DNA from: Phaeosaccion multiseriatum
Taxonomy: Eukaryota > Protista > Ochrophyta, other classes
Assembly (NCBI GenBank): GCA_965112735.1
Contig: OZ218956.1
Location: 1,426,001-1,490,000 of the forward strand
Length of the DNA stretch: 64,000 bases
Reading direction: 5' to 3'
Part shown: piece after piece, positions 37,857 through 50,718 of the stretch
Layout: every line of letters starts with the position of its first letter
Numbering within the stretch: the first letter of the stretch is position 1
Notes under the pieces: model-generated
Told to the model about the DNA's origin: nothing
Database searches by the model: none
Seen by the model: the letters and a program-made list of their open reading frames with translations, nothing else
Program-made: the position numbers and the translations under genes

Positions 37857-38307
37857 GAGGAGGAGGAGGAGGAGGAGGAGGAGGATGGAGGGGGGGGAGT
37901 CACAAGCCGCCCGCGGACCTCTGCCCTTCTTTATTCATATGCAGGGGGGGGGATGTCTCTTCCCACTTGCTGTGCCCCTTCTTCGCAGCTCCTCACCAAG
38001 TCGATCTCACTCTCGCTTCTGCTGCTTGTGTCACCCTTTCCCATTGCCGCTTCCTCCCTACCCTCCTCTTCTTCTCCTCCTCCTCCTCCTCCTCCTCTCC
38101 TCCCGGCTCCTTCTCTTCCTCGTCTTTCTCGTCTCTTCCATTTGTGGTTTCCGCCCCGGAAAGGTGGTGCTAGAGACGGAGGTGACCAACACGGCGGCTC
38201 TCCGGCTGTACGACAGGCTGGGCTTCAGCAGGGACGAGCGACTCATGAAGTACTACCTCAATGGGGTGGATGCGTACCGGCTGAAGCTCTGGTTCAACAG
38301 CCAGTAG
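36693..38307 (+). CDS. NAA30: N-alpha-acetyltransferase 30 (NatC catalytic subunit, Mak3)
   Basis: [41 protein letters not shown], and [41 protein letters not shown] over 3 exons. Confidence 0.95.
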
Positions 38308-38480
38308 CAAGGGCAAGGGAAGGGTGAAGCGGAGAGAGTGATGAAGAAGAAGGGATAGGACAGGAGGGAAGAGGGCAGACACTCACAGCCACGAGGCTTG
38401 CTCTCTCATCTGGTTTGGTGGATGCGGGTAACACCCAACTGGTCGCCCCCCGCTCCCCATACTGGAACAATCACCGCTGT

Positions 38481-39190
38481 TCACAGCCCTGCAGACACTC
38501 GATCCCGTGCGTCGATCGTTTGCTTGCTTGGTGCCATCTGCTGCCATCGCAAGTTACTTGCAAGCATGCGCTGCATGTTTGCGTCTGAGCCGCCGCAAGG
38601 GGAGCACATGCCGCTGCCAGCACGAACGCACCCATACCCAGCGACGCGGGTCCGAGTGACGAGTTTGGTGTGGCCCTTCCCGCCCCCCTCCCCGGGGGGC
38701 CTCTCCTGATTTTGCTCCGGAGGCCTTTCGTACGAGGGCATATAAGGCCTGCGAAGCAGCAGCAGCAAAGCGGCAATAGCGGCAATAGCGGGAGCAGCAG
38801 GAGAGCTCGTCCGTCCCACAGGTACAGGCTGCACCGCTTGGGGTCGAACGGTGAAAGACCGGGGGCGGGACTGGGCGTACTCGCTTGGTTCCTCGTGCTT
38901 ACTGGCTTTGACCGTGCGGGCCCAAGAGTTGGCAGGAGCGGCAACAGACGCGGCGAAATAGTCCGTATCACTGCGAGAAGAGGGCAGAAGTACACATGGG
39001 CAGAGCGCCTCTTGCTATCTTGCCCGCCACGTGCTTGGAAACCCCAGCTGGAAACCCAAATCCGATGCACGCTGGAGTTGGGAGGGAGGGAGGAGGGGAG
39101 GGAGGGAGTGCCCTTGGAATTGCATTCGACACACCGGCCTGATGAGGAGGCCACACCAACGGGGTGTACCAAGACAGCCGTGTGTGTATA

Positions 39191-39239
<49 letters not shown>

Positions 39240-40761
39240 TGTGCGTGTATTTGTGTACGTGCGTGTGTGCGAGAAGCGTTGGTCACGTCCCCTAGCAGCA
39301 AGATGAACACCTCACGGATGGCAAGCAATGCCCGCAGCTCTCCAGGAGTGAAATTGAGTCCTGTAGGCACGCCAGGCATGGATACTGTACATGTTGGAGG
39401 GGGATGCGCTAGCACGTGTACAAGGTAGCAGCACTCTGTCTCCACTGCGACGGTGGGCACATCACACTGGAAACCCACAAACAACACTTAATAGAGTCAA
39501 GTGTTTATTGATGACACCCCTTTAACCAAAAATACTCGACACTATTGAAAAATACCCTCACTACTTGCTCACTCGATGCTGATGACTCAACAAAGCGTGC
39601 CTCGGCCGTTGTTGAACAGCCCACCCCGCTGCCCCCTTTCCCCCTCCCTTCCACGTGCTTTCAAATACTACAACTTCCCCCCACTGTCTCGATCAGTTCC
39701 CCATGGCCACTGCAGTACTCTGATAGTCTGCCCCGCCCCCCCCCGCCGGGCGGACTCGATGTCAAGCTGATGTCAAGCTGCTGCTCACTCCGCTGCTGGC
39801 GAACACTACTACCCGACGGCTCTCCGCCAGCAGTTAGCCCATCCGTTGATGTTGGTGACCATGCTCTTGGTCTCCCCGCTCCTCCTCTTGCTCCTCCTAC
39901 CACTGCTATTGCTGCCGCCCCCGCCGCTGCTGCTGCTGCTACTGCTTCTGCTGATGGTGGCGACGAGTCTCCTAATTCCACCACCGCAACAACATCTGCC
40001 GCCCCTCCCACTGACACTGCTGAAGGAGGCCGGGGGGGCACTGGTACTGCTTGCCGTCGGAAGAAGGATGGGAAGGGCGCACAGGCAAAGAAATAGAAAG
40101 GTGCTTAGCCGCCCTTTCAGGAGGGGTGCCCCATGAAGTGCTCAGCCTTGCACTTTAGACATCCTCCGGCCTGCCTACGTACTACCGCTGGCGCCAACCA
40201 GTGGCCACGCTGCTGGACTGCTGCGCTCAGCCGGCCTTTCAGCCAGCCTTTCGGTCCGCCTGCCTTTGTGCTCCGGCCGGCTGAGCAGCACGTCAGAGTT
40301 TCAAGGGTCACCCTCACGGGGCCACTCACGGGGGGCCTCTTCACCTCCAAATCGGCCTTGCAAGGGCCATGAAGGGCCGACACCTCATGAGTCGGACCCC
40401 GATGACTGCTGCAGGGGAGTGTCTGAGGAGGGATGGGGGGGCACACCCCACGGAGACGAAGGCTGCCAGCAGCAGCAGGCTACCTTGGTGCTGATGACTC
40501 ACTTCACCCTGTGCTAAAGCCTCCCTCGATCCACTTGCACGCGCTTCGTACTCGGTTCGCGCGGTGGCCACAACCCGACTTCCGAGGCGCATAAGACTAC
40601 AAAGATGGGGCGCCCGTTGGGGCTCAAGTGTCCGCCTGACCGCTGTCTGCATCTCTGTCTGCATCTCTGTCTGCATCTCTGTCTGCATCTCTGTCTGCAT
40701 CTCTGTCTGCATCTCTGTCTGCATCTCTGTCTGCATCTCTGTCTGCATCTCTGCCTGCATC
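38481..40761 (-). other. Possible poorly conserved hypothetical gene
   Basis: Several minus-strand ORF pieces with plausible AG acceptors (near 39361 and 38971) and coding-like Ala/Gly runs. No recognisable motif and no verified joined frame. Confidence 0.2.
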
Positions 40762-40762
40762 T
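40643..40762. repeat. 12-bp minisatellite (CTGTCTGCATCT)x10
   Basis: Directly visible. It reads (MQTE)n on the minus strand. Confidence 0.95.
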
Positions 40763-41344
40763 CGCTACTCTGTTGGGTTGGGGAGCTCGAGCTGCTGCAA
40801 GGGGGGGGCGTCGGACCTAAGGACCTAGGTAGCTTCCTTCTCCCCTCGCGCGGTCGGTCCTCGTCTCCACCTTCGTCCTTCCTCCTTCGCTGTGGCTGAG
40901 AAGCCGTAGCGAGAGGAGGCCGCCTCGCTTGCCCTGCTTTCCGCTTTCCTTCCTTCCTTCCTTCCTTCCTTCCTTCCTTCCTCGCTCCCTCCCTCCCTCT
41001 CCTCCGCCTCCCGCAGCCCGTCCGAACGAACGAAAGAACTGCCTTGTCACGTGCTCCTTCCATGGTGCGTTGCCTTGTACACCGCTTCACACCCCCACCC
41101 ACATGATCAAGTGAGCGTGGGTGCTTGGCGTAGGGGGGGGGTGCTCCTCTCTCTTCTATGGAAGTCCCTCGCCGCGTGTGGTGATTGCTGCGTGCCAGTG
41201 CGGGCCCATCATGGGAGGGTTTTCACTCCCTCCCCCTCCCTCACGCACGCACGCACACACGGGAAGGACACACATGTACCGACAGGGGGTAGCAGGTGTG
41301 CACGTGCATGCATCTCTCTCTCTCTCTTGGGCCTGCTGCTATTG

Positions 41345-42661
41345 CTACAGTCGAGAGCGACTGGCATCCGGCTGCCGTCCTGTTTCCTTGGCGAGGAGCG
41401 GGCTTAGACGCATGGCCAGGATGAGATTGCCCTTCACCTACGGCGGGGGAAGGGAGGAGAGGGGGAACAGGTAAGATGATGCAGCGGCAGCGGCAGCGGC
41501 AGAGGCAGAGGCAGAGGCAGCGGCTCCAAGTGTGGACGGGTGGGTGGGGGGGTGTACAGGCCGATGGGAGGAGGCAAGTAGGGGCACAAAGTGGCGCAAG
41601 AGGATGAACAGTCACGTGGTGAAGGAAGGAAGGACGGAAGGGTTGTTCCTTTAAGTGAAAGTGAAAGTGAAACTGCGTACGCACTTGTATGAAGCCTTTC
41701 ATGAAGGCGGCTTGAGGGGACACTCTTCCGAGGATGACATCACTGAGTGTTCGCTCCGAGAGCTCCAGAGTGGCCTCCACCTGTAGGAATAACGTAGTCA
41801 GTGGTGTACGAGAGAGAGGGGGAGGGGGGGCAAGAGGGTGAGGAGAGCTTGGAAAGGAAGGGCGGGGCAGTGGCAGAGCCCTCTACCACTCTTCCACTCT
41901 TGCTCCACAGGAAGCGTCTACTTGTGCGTGTGTATGAGAGAGAGGGGGGTGGGGGAGAGGGCGAGAGGCGGAGACAGAGAGAGTGAGCGAGAAGAGAGAA
42001 AAACGAGGAGAAAGAGGGAAGAAGAGAGAGACGGAGAGAGAGAGGGTGGAGCGAATCAGCGGGCCCAAACATCAGACAAGAGAGAGCCTGGCAAAAGCAC
42101 AGCATCGACATACGCACCGCGCTGTCTCCGTCACCCTCCCAGATGCTTCCCGCCCCGTCCCTGAGGTTGATGGTCCATGTATGGACTTCGGTGCTGTCAG
42201 ATCGAGACACCCTCATACGGACGACGCCTCGGACCTGTCAGGCGCACCGAGAGAGAGAGAGAGAGAGACAGGCGGAGATGGGGAGAGCGAGAGAGGGAGA
42301 GAGAAACAACGTAAGAACGGGATGAGACAGGGGGAAGAGGGGGAGAGGGTGCCAGGAAGGGAAGAGAGGGGGCTCCTCTGAAACAAGCGTGAGGGTGGGC
42401 CGCGTAGGACGGCTGACCACACATCAAACGCTTCCCAATCCCACCAAGAGCAGATAAGAGAAGAGATCGCCCACTCCTCAAGCCCCAATCAATATATATA
42501 TATCAATACCCATACCCCATACCCCATACCCCATACCCCATACCCCACACATTGTATCGCACCTGTCCCGCCAGGGTGGCGCCTTCTGTAGCGACCCTTG
42601 CCTGCAGCAGCTCCAGCACCGCGCCAGGCGGCAGGGCCGGGGCAGGCACACCAGAGGCCAT
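41345..42661 (-). CDS. SCP2: Stand-alone sterol carrier protein 2 (SCP2) domain protein, peroxisomal (PTS1 -SRL)
   Basis: Four exons join to MASGVPAP...LAGQ|VRGVVRMRVS...TWTINLRDGAGSIWEG..|VEATLELSE.TL..VILGRVSPQAAFMKGFIQ|VKGNLILAMRL...ASRSRL*. Confidence 0.88.
42506..42547. repeat. Heptamer repeat (ATACCCC)n in SCP2 intron 1
   Basis: Directly visible, about 6 units. Confidence 0.85.
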
Positions 42662-43843
42662 CCAACAGTAGCTGGGGGGTAGTCTCGCAGAGGAGTCTTA
42701 CAGACACTAGCGAGGGAGGGAGGCTAGCTCTCTTAGTTGCGTCGACTACTACTCCTCTGCTGCTGCTCTCGGCCGAAGATACCCATACCCGACCCGACAG
42801 CAAGGGGGAGCTCTGCAAGTCACTCTTGCAGCGCCTGCCAACACGCGACAGGTCTGCGGTCGGCGCTGCACGTCGAGTTTGCCTTCTTGGTCCTCCGCGA
42901 CTATTAGGCACGAGCGATCTGGGCCCAATCAGGCCCAATCAGGCCGAGGACACCGGGGCTTTGGCTGCGTGTCGTGACAGGAAGGGGGCCGGCGGGCAAC
43001 AGAGAGACGAGAGAAGATGTGTGTAGCGGGGGTGAGAAGCAGCACGAGCAGCAGCAACGGCAGCAATGGTAGTTGCGAAAGGCAGTAGTGTCCCTAAGGA
43101 GGAGAGGAGGAAGCGTGGGTGTGGAGGAAAGGATGAGGAGTTGGTTTCTTTCGTACAGGGGCTCATATACGCCTTTGGTCAGCACAGATTTGCAGTCGTG
43201 GGGAAGCTACCGCCTTCCCCCGCCACCCGACTGTCACCCACCCTCCCCGACAGTAGCCAGACAAGACTAGTGCACGCATGGGGCGACGAGAGAGAGGCTT
43301 CTGCTGACGAGGCCGCCTCTCCCTCGCGCCCCCCGCGGTGCCCTACCCTCGCCTCAGCCGCTCTCGGGGTGCCTTGCGCGATGAAAGACATGCGACAAAG
43401 GGCCACCAAGCTGCATCCAAGTCTAACGATGTGCTGGCGGACCCCGCCTTAAAAAGAGAAGGAGGGGGGGCGTTTGCTTTACGACGGGCTGCATTTGCAG
43501 AACGTGTGACGATGACGCTTAAAGAGAAACGCTCGGGGGCAGGGGAAGATGCACTTTCGCACTCTCTTCTCCCCGGCCCTTCTTCGCGCGTCGAGCACCG
43601 ATCGCCTCCGTACCCAGCGGCTTAGTGGAAGAATCCCTCAGCACCTTGCTAATTAAAACATGTGCCTCGACGTCTCCTAGTTGGTGCGAGTGTGGGCCTT
43701 CCCAGAGCAGCGCGAAGCTTCTCAGAGAGAGATGGAAAGGGCGCTGCCACCACGTCTGCTTATCAGACCTTTTTCTGAACAATCATTGCCCGACCGAGAG
43801 AGGGAGAGAGAAAGGGGGAGAGAGGTGGGGAGAGGGAGCGAGC

Positions 43844-43875
<32 letters not shown>

Positions 43876-44092
43876 GAGCGAGAGGAGAGGGCGGGCGAGA
43901 GAGAGAGAGAAGAGCTCCTATCCGATTAACACGCACGCTCCTACTCCGTTCCTAGACGCACCTTTTTGTGTGGCATTGCTCTTCTTCTGTTTAATTTTTT
44001 CTCTCTGGGGGATATCTGGGGGAGATGTGGAGGTGTACGGGCAACGACACCGCTTTACTTTTAGTTGCATTCTCTTTCCTTTTGAATCGCCA

Positions 44093-45065
44093 ATGGCGGC
44101 TGCTGTAGGGGCTGCTGCTGGGACCGGGGCTTCCCCTCCTACAGCCGATCTGATGGACGTGTTTCAGGGGCTGCCCGGGGTGCAAGTGGCGCCGAATAGC
44201 TTCAGGTATTGGCCTCTCCGGCTATCCCCCCCCCCCCCAAGCAGACGCCCCCCCCTCTGAAACAACGCCTTCTCATTCTCCTCCTTCATGACCGACCTGA
44301 GCAGAGACTTGGGGGGCATTAAGTGCTTCAGCGGGAAAATCTGCACCGTTAAGTGCTTTGAGAATAACCCGCTCGTAAGGGAGCGCCTCACGGGCACAAA
44401 TAGGGAGAGCGGCACGGGCAAAGTGCTGGTGGTGGACGGCGGGGGCTCCACTCGGGTTGCACTCATGGGAGACATGCTGGCCACGGGAGGGGCGGACAAC
44501 GGGTGGGCGGTGAGTGCGTGAGTGTGAAGAAATGTTTATGTTTAGGCGGCCGGGCAAGAAAGCAAAGAGCCCACTACCGCCTTTGGGCCTCTGTCTCTCA
44601 ACATCCCAATGCCCTGGCCTTTTCTGTGCTGTGCACAGGGAGTCATCATCAATGGTGCCATCCGAGACAGCGCAGTCGTGCGGGGCGTCCCCATCGGCTG
44701 CAAGGCTCTCGGGACCAACCCCGCCAAGAGCTCAAAGAAGGTGTGTCTCTCCCCTCCCTCACACACACACACACACACACACTGCTCCTGTCACTCTTGT
44801 CCTCGGGGCACGCACCTGCCTGCCCCCGTCCGTGACGGCTCACCCATCCCTCATCCACCTCCTCTTAACCCTCCCTACCTACCTATGCTCCTATCCCCCT
44901 TGGTCCTTGCTGCGGAAGGTGCCTGGGGAGTCGGATGTAACCGTCAGTTTCGCCGGGCTGACCTTCACCCCGGGGCATTGGGTGTATGCAGATGAGGACG
45001 GCATCATCGTCGCGGACCGTGACCTGAGGGACGACCAAGCCTGGGAGGCGGAGGCCAAGCTCTAA
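44093..45065 (+). CDS. rraA: RraA-family protein (putative HMG aldolase/oxaloacetate decarboxylase), C-terminal -AKL
   Basis: [56 protein letters not shown] and [13 protein letters not shown] over 4 exons. Confidence 0.92.
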
Positions 45066-45963
45066 TCACGCACGCACGCACGCACGCACACACGCTGTTC
45101 CGACCCGCACAGAGATACAATTGTAGGCTCACTGGAGTGCTACTGGCTGGCCCACCTCAGAGGAGGGACACAACCGGTGGGGGGAGAGGAAGGAATGATT
45201 AGTGCGCACCCCGTTTATGTGTAGTGTTCCTTGCGCCGCTTTGTTGTGTCTACGGCCTGCCTTGCGCGTTGAGATTGTGGCTTTGCTCTCCTTCTGCTGG
45301 TGCAGAGGGCGAGGGGCGGCCAGAGCTCTGGTGCACAGCAGCGGCATGAAGGGTGTCCGAGTCGAGTACTTGGAGGCACCTCACACACACACATACACGC
45401 ACACACGCACACACACACACACACACACACAGCGTCACTCGCTTTCGTACCACAGCCCTGTGCTTCTCATGCCTAACGCCCCCATCGCCTTCTTTGGCCC
45501 CGAGAGGGTAGGAGCTGACTGTGAAGAGTACATAGACTGCGTGATTGTGATTGGAGGCAGTTTTGAGTTCACTCACGAAACAAACACCACGCCTCCTGCG
45601 CCTCCCCCGACTCGCCCCTCTGCTCGTTTGGAGCTATCAAGAGAGTGTTGCTACTGTATTTTGCATGTGTGCATGGGTTGATCGACAGATAGAAAGTTAG
45701 ATGGACAATTCACGCCGAGTGCTCCGAAAGGGGGGGGTATCGTCGATAAAATGTAAAAAAAATTGTAAAATTAATTGGTATATCCCTGTGATGAGGTCAT
45801 ACTATAAGAAAAGTGCAACGAAAAGAGGCGCCGAACAATGGCAAAGAACCCGAAGCTCCTGTCCCGTGCATTTCCATTCCTTATATTCGGCCAAATGAAT
45901 CGACTGCTCACTGCAGAGTCTGTCAGTCGCGCAAGTCGCCAAGCTCTCAAATCCACCTCCACC

Positions 45964-48900
45964 TCACGTGGATGCTGAAGCCGCTGCTCCCTCCCCCGTC
46001 CCTCCTGCCTCTCCTGCCGTCCGACCTTGCTCTTGGCCCTCCTCCTCCTCCGCCTCCTCTACATCCTCCTCCTCCTCCCCCTCCTCGTCCTCCTCATCCT
46101 CCTCATCCAGCCCCAGCGCAATGACCTCGTCAATAGCCCGCAGTGACGTTCTGTGGAAGAAGATTTCGTGTGTGTTCCAGAAGGCGCTTCCCTCTTGGTC
46201 TTCGAGGATGAGGCGAATGTAGTATCGCACACCCGCCTGATCCTGACGCCATGCACATGGTCAAGACGAGACGGTTAGAGGCACATGGGGGGTGGATATG
46301 GAGTGAGGGGGGGAGTGAACGAGTGAGGGAGGGACTGAATGAATGAATGAGTGAACGAGTGACTGACGGAGGGACTGAGAGGGTGAGTGAGTGAGTGAGT
46401 GAGTGAGTGAGTGAGTGAGTGAGTGAGTGCGTGAGTGAGGGAGTGATTGACTGACTGACTGAGAGGGTGAGTGAGAGTGAGTGAGTGAGTGAGTGAGTAA
46501 GGGAGTGAGTGAGGGAGGGATTGAGTGAGAGGGTGAGTGAGTGAGGGAGAGAGGGAGGGAGTGACTGACTGACTGACTGAGAGGGGGAGGGGAGGGAGTG
46601 AGTAAGTATGTGAGAGAGCGAGCGGGTGAATTAGTGAGCGAGGGTCTGTGAAAGCGTACAACAAGCCAGCAGCACACCTCACGCCAGACCATACACACAA
46701 TGACACAAGTCCGCTCACTTGACAACACCACACTACACTACACTACACTACACGTGGGTGCCGCACCTTTAGTGACAAGCTGGGCTCCGTCTCGTTGGTC
46801 ATAGAGAGGAAGGTCGGGGTCAAGGGCACCTTCCCCAGATCCATCTTCACCGGCAGCGACAAACTCCCCTGCACGGGTTCCATAGGCCGACCAGCCTGAG
46901 CCGTCGCCACAAAGCGCGAGTGGTACGTGCGTACATATGCCGTCAACTCTTCCTCTTCCTCGCCCAACCCCTCAAAAAGTTCATCCCTATCCTCCTCCTC
47001 GTCGTCGTCGTCGGTGTCATCGTCGTCGGCATCCTCCAATGGCTCGCCGGGGTGAGAGCTATGAGAAGTGGCCTCTACCTCCCGTCCTGCTCCTGCTCCC
47101 CCCTCTCCTCCTTCCCCATCTGCTACTGCCTGTCCCCCCTCCGCCCCCGCTGCTTCCTCCTGTCCTTGGCCTTGCTCCCTTCTCCGCCTCTGTCCCTTGC
47201 GCCTCTTGCGTCGCTGCTGCTTCTCCGCCACCAAGTGCTCCTCCAGAGTCCGAGCGTGCCCACAGAAGCTGTGCTCAGTCACGACGGACTCAAACACCTG
47301 CCCATTCACGAACTCTGCCTTGATGATGGCCAACACGCCGATAGCCAGCGGCTTTGCTACGTCTGTTCCATTGTGGACCAAGAGACAGACAGACAGATCG
47401 TCAGACAAGACAAACAGAAAAAACACACGGGCCAGAAGACAGACAACAAGTCAAGGGATGGGGGGGGGTGCGGGAGAGAGAGGGAACGGAAAAGGAAAAG
47501 AGATTGAGAGTGAGTGTGTGGGCTGTGCATTGGAAAGAGGGACGAGGGAGGGAGGGTGGGAGCCGCAGAAACTAGGACACGAGGATGTTATGTTGTGTTG
47601 CGTTTGTGTGACTTGGCTTGAGGTGGTAAGTACCGCAGTTGAAAACAAAGCAACAAGTCTCCAAGATGCCCAAGCATCATCCAGGTCCTCCTCCTCCTCC
47701 TCCTCCTCCTCCTCCTCCTCCTCCTCCTCCTCCTCCTCCTCCCCCTCCTCCTCCTCCTCCTCCTCCTCTTCCTCCTCTCCCCCGTCCTCCTCCTGCTCCT
47801 CCCCCCTTGCGCACCTTCAAGCACCACGTTCCCTTGGAGGGTCCCCTCCATGGCCACTGAGTCGCATCCGAAATCAAAAGTGGCCCTTCCGTGGCAATCT
47901 GGGGGTGGGTGAGGGGAGGGGGCGACACGAACAAAGCGAGCATAACCATGAGTAAGAGGGAGAAGGTGCGTATGTATGTGCGAGTGGCAGGGTAGCGCAG
48001 CCTCGGGTTGGGCTGTGCGTAGGTAGATAGGGAGGTAGGTAGGGAGGTAGGCAGGTAGGCAGGCAGGGAGGGAGGTAGGCAGGTAGGTACGTAGGTAGGT
48101 GCGTAGGTAGGTGCGTAGGTAGGCAGCTAGGTAGATAAGTAGATGGCAGGCAGGCAGGTAGATAGGTAGAGAGGGAGGTAGATAGGCAGGCAGGCAGATA
48201 GGTAGACAGGCAGGTAGGTAGGTAGATAGACAGGCAGGTAGGCAGGTAGGTCGGTAAATAGAGTATAAGCGCATTCATCGCCTCAACTGCGGTAGAGTAT
48301 CGGAGCATCGCTATACGCGTTGATACCCTACCTGGTATGATGATCTTGTGATTGGGCCCATCCTCCTCGTTTGGAGGCCCTACCGAGGCAGCTGGCGGCG
48401 GTGCAATGCTCTCCAGCATGATGGATTGATAGTACAAGACGTCGAACGTGTACCTTGATAACATGGAGAGAGGGACAGAGATACACACACACAGAGAGAG
48501 AGCGGGGGGGGGAGGCAGAGAGATATGCATACATGCACACGAAGCAGCCGCAACCGCGACGCCGGGAAGGGGGTGGTGATTCAGTCAGCACTAAGTCAGT
48601 AAAGAGGGACGGAGCAGGTCACTCAAGGGCATGTGCTTAACCAGTGAGGCGCCACATCCCTCCCTCCCCTCTCTATCTCTCCCCCTTCCTTCCCTCTCTC
48701 CCCCTCCTCCCTCACTCACCAAGGCCTAGCGACGGTCACCACAAGCTGATGCCGAAGGGCCATCGCCTCTCCCACGTAAGACTCCCGCAAGCCCCAGCCC
48801 CGACTGCGCTCCACTTGCGATACGTCCACGCTAAACGGAACCTCGAGCGTGCCCCTGTGGGTGTGGATGGCAGTGGATGAGGGGCGGGAGAAGGGGGGAA

Positions 48901-50207
48901 AGAACAATGGCTTAGGTTTGGGCCTCAGTGCAGTGAGATGGGTTGTAAAAGTATACTACCACTCTACGTACATACACACAATCGATCGACGTACTTACTT
49001 GAGCCACTGCTTCTGCCCAACCACGAGCTCTGCCACGCCTAGCAAGCTGTCTCCGTCTCCCTCTAGCACGAGCAGTAACTCCTCCAGGCGGATATTGATG
49101 CCCCCCATCCATACGGACTTGCCGGGGGGGGAGGTCACGCGGATGACACCCTCCAGAGGACAGCTCACCTCAAAGAGACAGGTGCGTCGCCGGAAAAAGT
49201 TCCTGTTCGGAGTGAGGAGTGAGTAAGCATCGCAACCGTCGTAGCAGTGGTGGTTGCTGGGTCAGGGGTTTTCCCACGCGCGTCTCGCTCGTCTTCAGTC
49301 TCCCGTCTATTTTGCCTCTCCGTCTCCCCCGTCCACCACTGTACCACCAACCTGGGTACCGCCGAGAAGTGCAGCGTGTCCAGTGCAGGCTGCGGTCCGT
49401 CGAAGAGTACCTCCACGTGAAAGATGTCCCTCAGCCACCCAGGCCCTCCCAAGCTTACGCCGCTGCACATGCCCCCGGCGCGCCTCTGCGCAGCCCGCCC
49501 TTCCTCCTCTCCCTCCTCTCCCTGCTGGATCATGCTGCTGCTGTTGCTCCGCTGCTGCTCCTGTCTCCCGCCCCGCCCCTGCTCCCTGTACGCGTGACTG
49601 CCCCCCTGAATACGAAGGTCCGGCCGGTGGCCGTCTGGAGGTCTATGGGGATCGCACCCAGCGAGCGCGCCCACAGATACACAAACAATATTGCAGCATT
49701 GCACGGCACAGCAAGGTAGCCAGGGTTAGAAGCTCAAGAATGACAGCGGCTTGGGGAGTGAGAAGGTTGGGCAAGCGCAAAGCGCCGTTAGCGGTACCTC
49801 AGTCCCATGGGGAAGAAAGGTCTTCACTCATGTTCGGGATGGATGTGTTAGAAAGAGGCATTAGAGGAGGCAGATATTAGTCGTGAAGTAGGTGCCTTTG
49901 GTGCTTTTCGCTCAAATGATGCCGTCCCTCTTTCAGGCTTGTTTGCCCCTCACCTCCTTCGATCAAGGAGAGGGGGCGAAGAGACTTGTCCTATGGACCT
50001 GGCATGCTGCTCCAGATCGACTGACGAAGGCGACGGGGGGGGGAAGGCCTCCGTCTTCCCTCCCGCTATGGCCGCCGCCGCGGATGTGTTTCGCCCGTCA
50101 CGCTCTCCCTCGGCCTTGCTTTCTTCGTTCCCTTTCCTTCCTCCCCGGACAGGGCTGCTCATGGGGATGTCCTCCAAAGAGTCCCCTCCGACGTTGTCCG
50201 TCTCCAT
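45964..50207 (-). CDS. Divergent VPS26-like (arrestin-fold, retromer-related) protein
   Basis: Exon 1 (50207-49954) splices in frame to RPPDGHR.... Motifs PPGKSVWMGGINIRLEE, LRESYVGEAMALRHQLVVTVARPW, LTPTF and VRYYIRLILEDQEGSAFWNTHEIFFHR parallel the VPS26 motifs. Acidic tail. Confidence 0.72.
46300..46580. repeat. Degenerate (GAGT/GACT/GAGG)n intronic microsatellite
   Basis: Directly visible in the last intron of the VPS26-like gene. Confidence 0.85.
48015..48255. repeat. Degenerate (AGGT/AGGC)n intronic microsatellite
   Basis: Directly visible. Confidence 0.85.
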
Positions 50208-50718
50208 TGCCTAAAGCGCCCACGGTCAATCTCCTCCTGCTGCTGGTATGACACTCCCCTTTGCCGCTGCTCAATATCTAACTCTCTCGTCGTGTAACAG
50301 TCTTTCACAAGGACCTTGTCATGCCAAGCAGAAGCACTTCGCCTACAGTTCAGCCCCTCCTGCTGCTGCCTCAATACTGGTGCGTTGCTGACCCCCTGCT
50401 CCACTCCTTTGGCCGTCGGCGCTGGCCACTGCTCTATCCCGCTAAAAGATCGCTAACTCGGATTGTTCAGCGCCGATTCGGACCCCCCCTCTTCTCTTCC
50501 CTTTGCCGATGGCGATGACCACTTTCTTCTCAAGATCCAGACTGCTGAAGCGTCGCTCTTTTTGGTTTTGGTGGTGTGGCCCACGAAGAAGCTCCACTTG
50601 CAAGAGGATCAGCGAGAGCAGAGGGCAAAAAAAACGGAGGGGTACAATGGTACACGCAGCAGGAAAATCCCAAACCACCTGAAATTTTACTCGGGCCGCA
50701 CTCCACCCCAAAGGTTTG

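Noticed and set aside
37606-38160. Long Gly/Arg-rich insertion in NAA30 suggested by the ORF track
   Set aside because: It lies in a GT-AG intron (about 37715-38163). Splicing restores the canonical CDE|VVLETE.
40341-41102. (MQTE)n repeat protein
   Set aside because: The ORF depends on a 12-bp minisatellite and (GAAG)n tracts, with no independent coding evidence.
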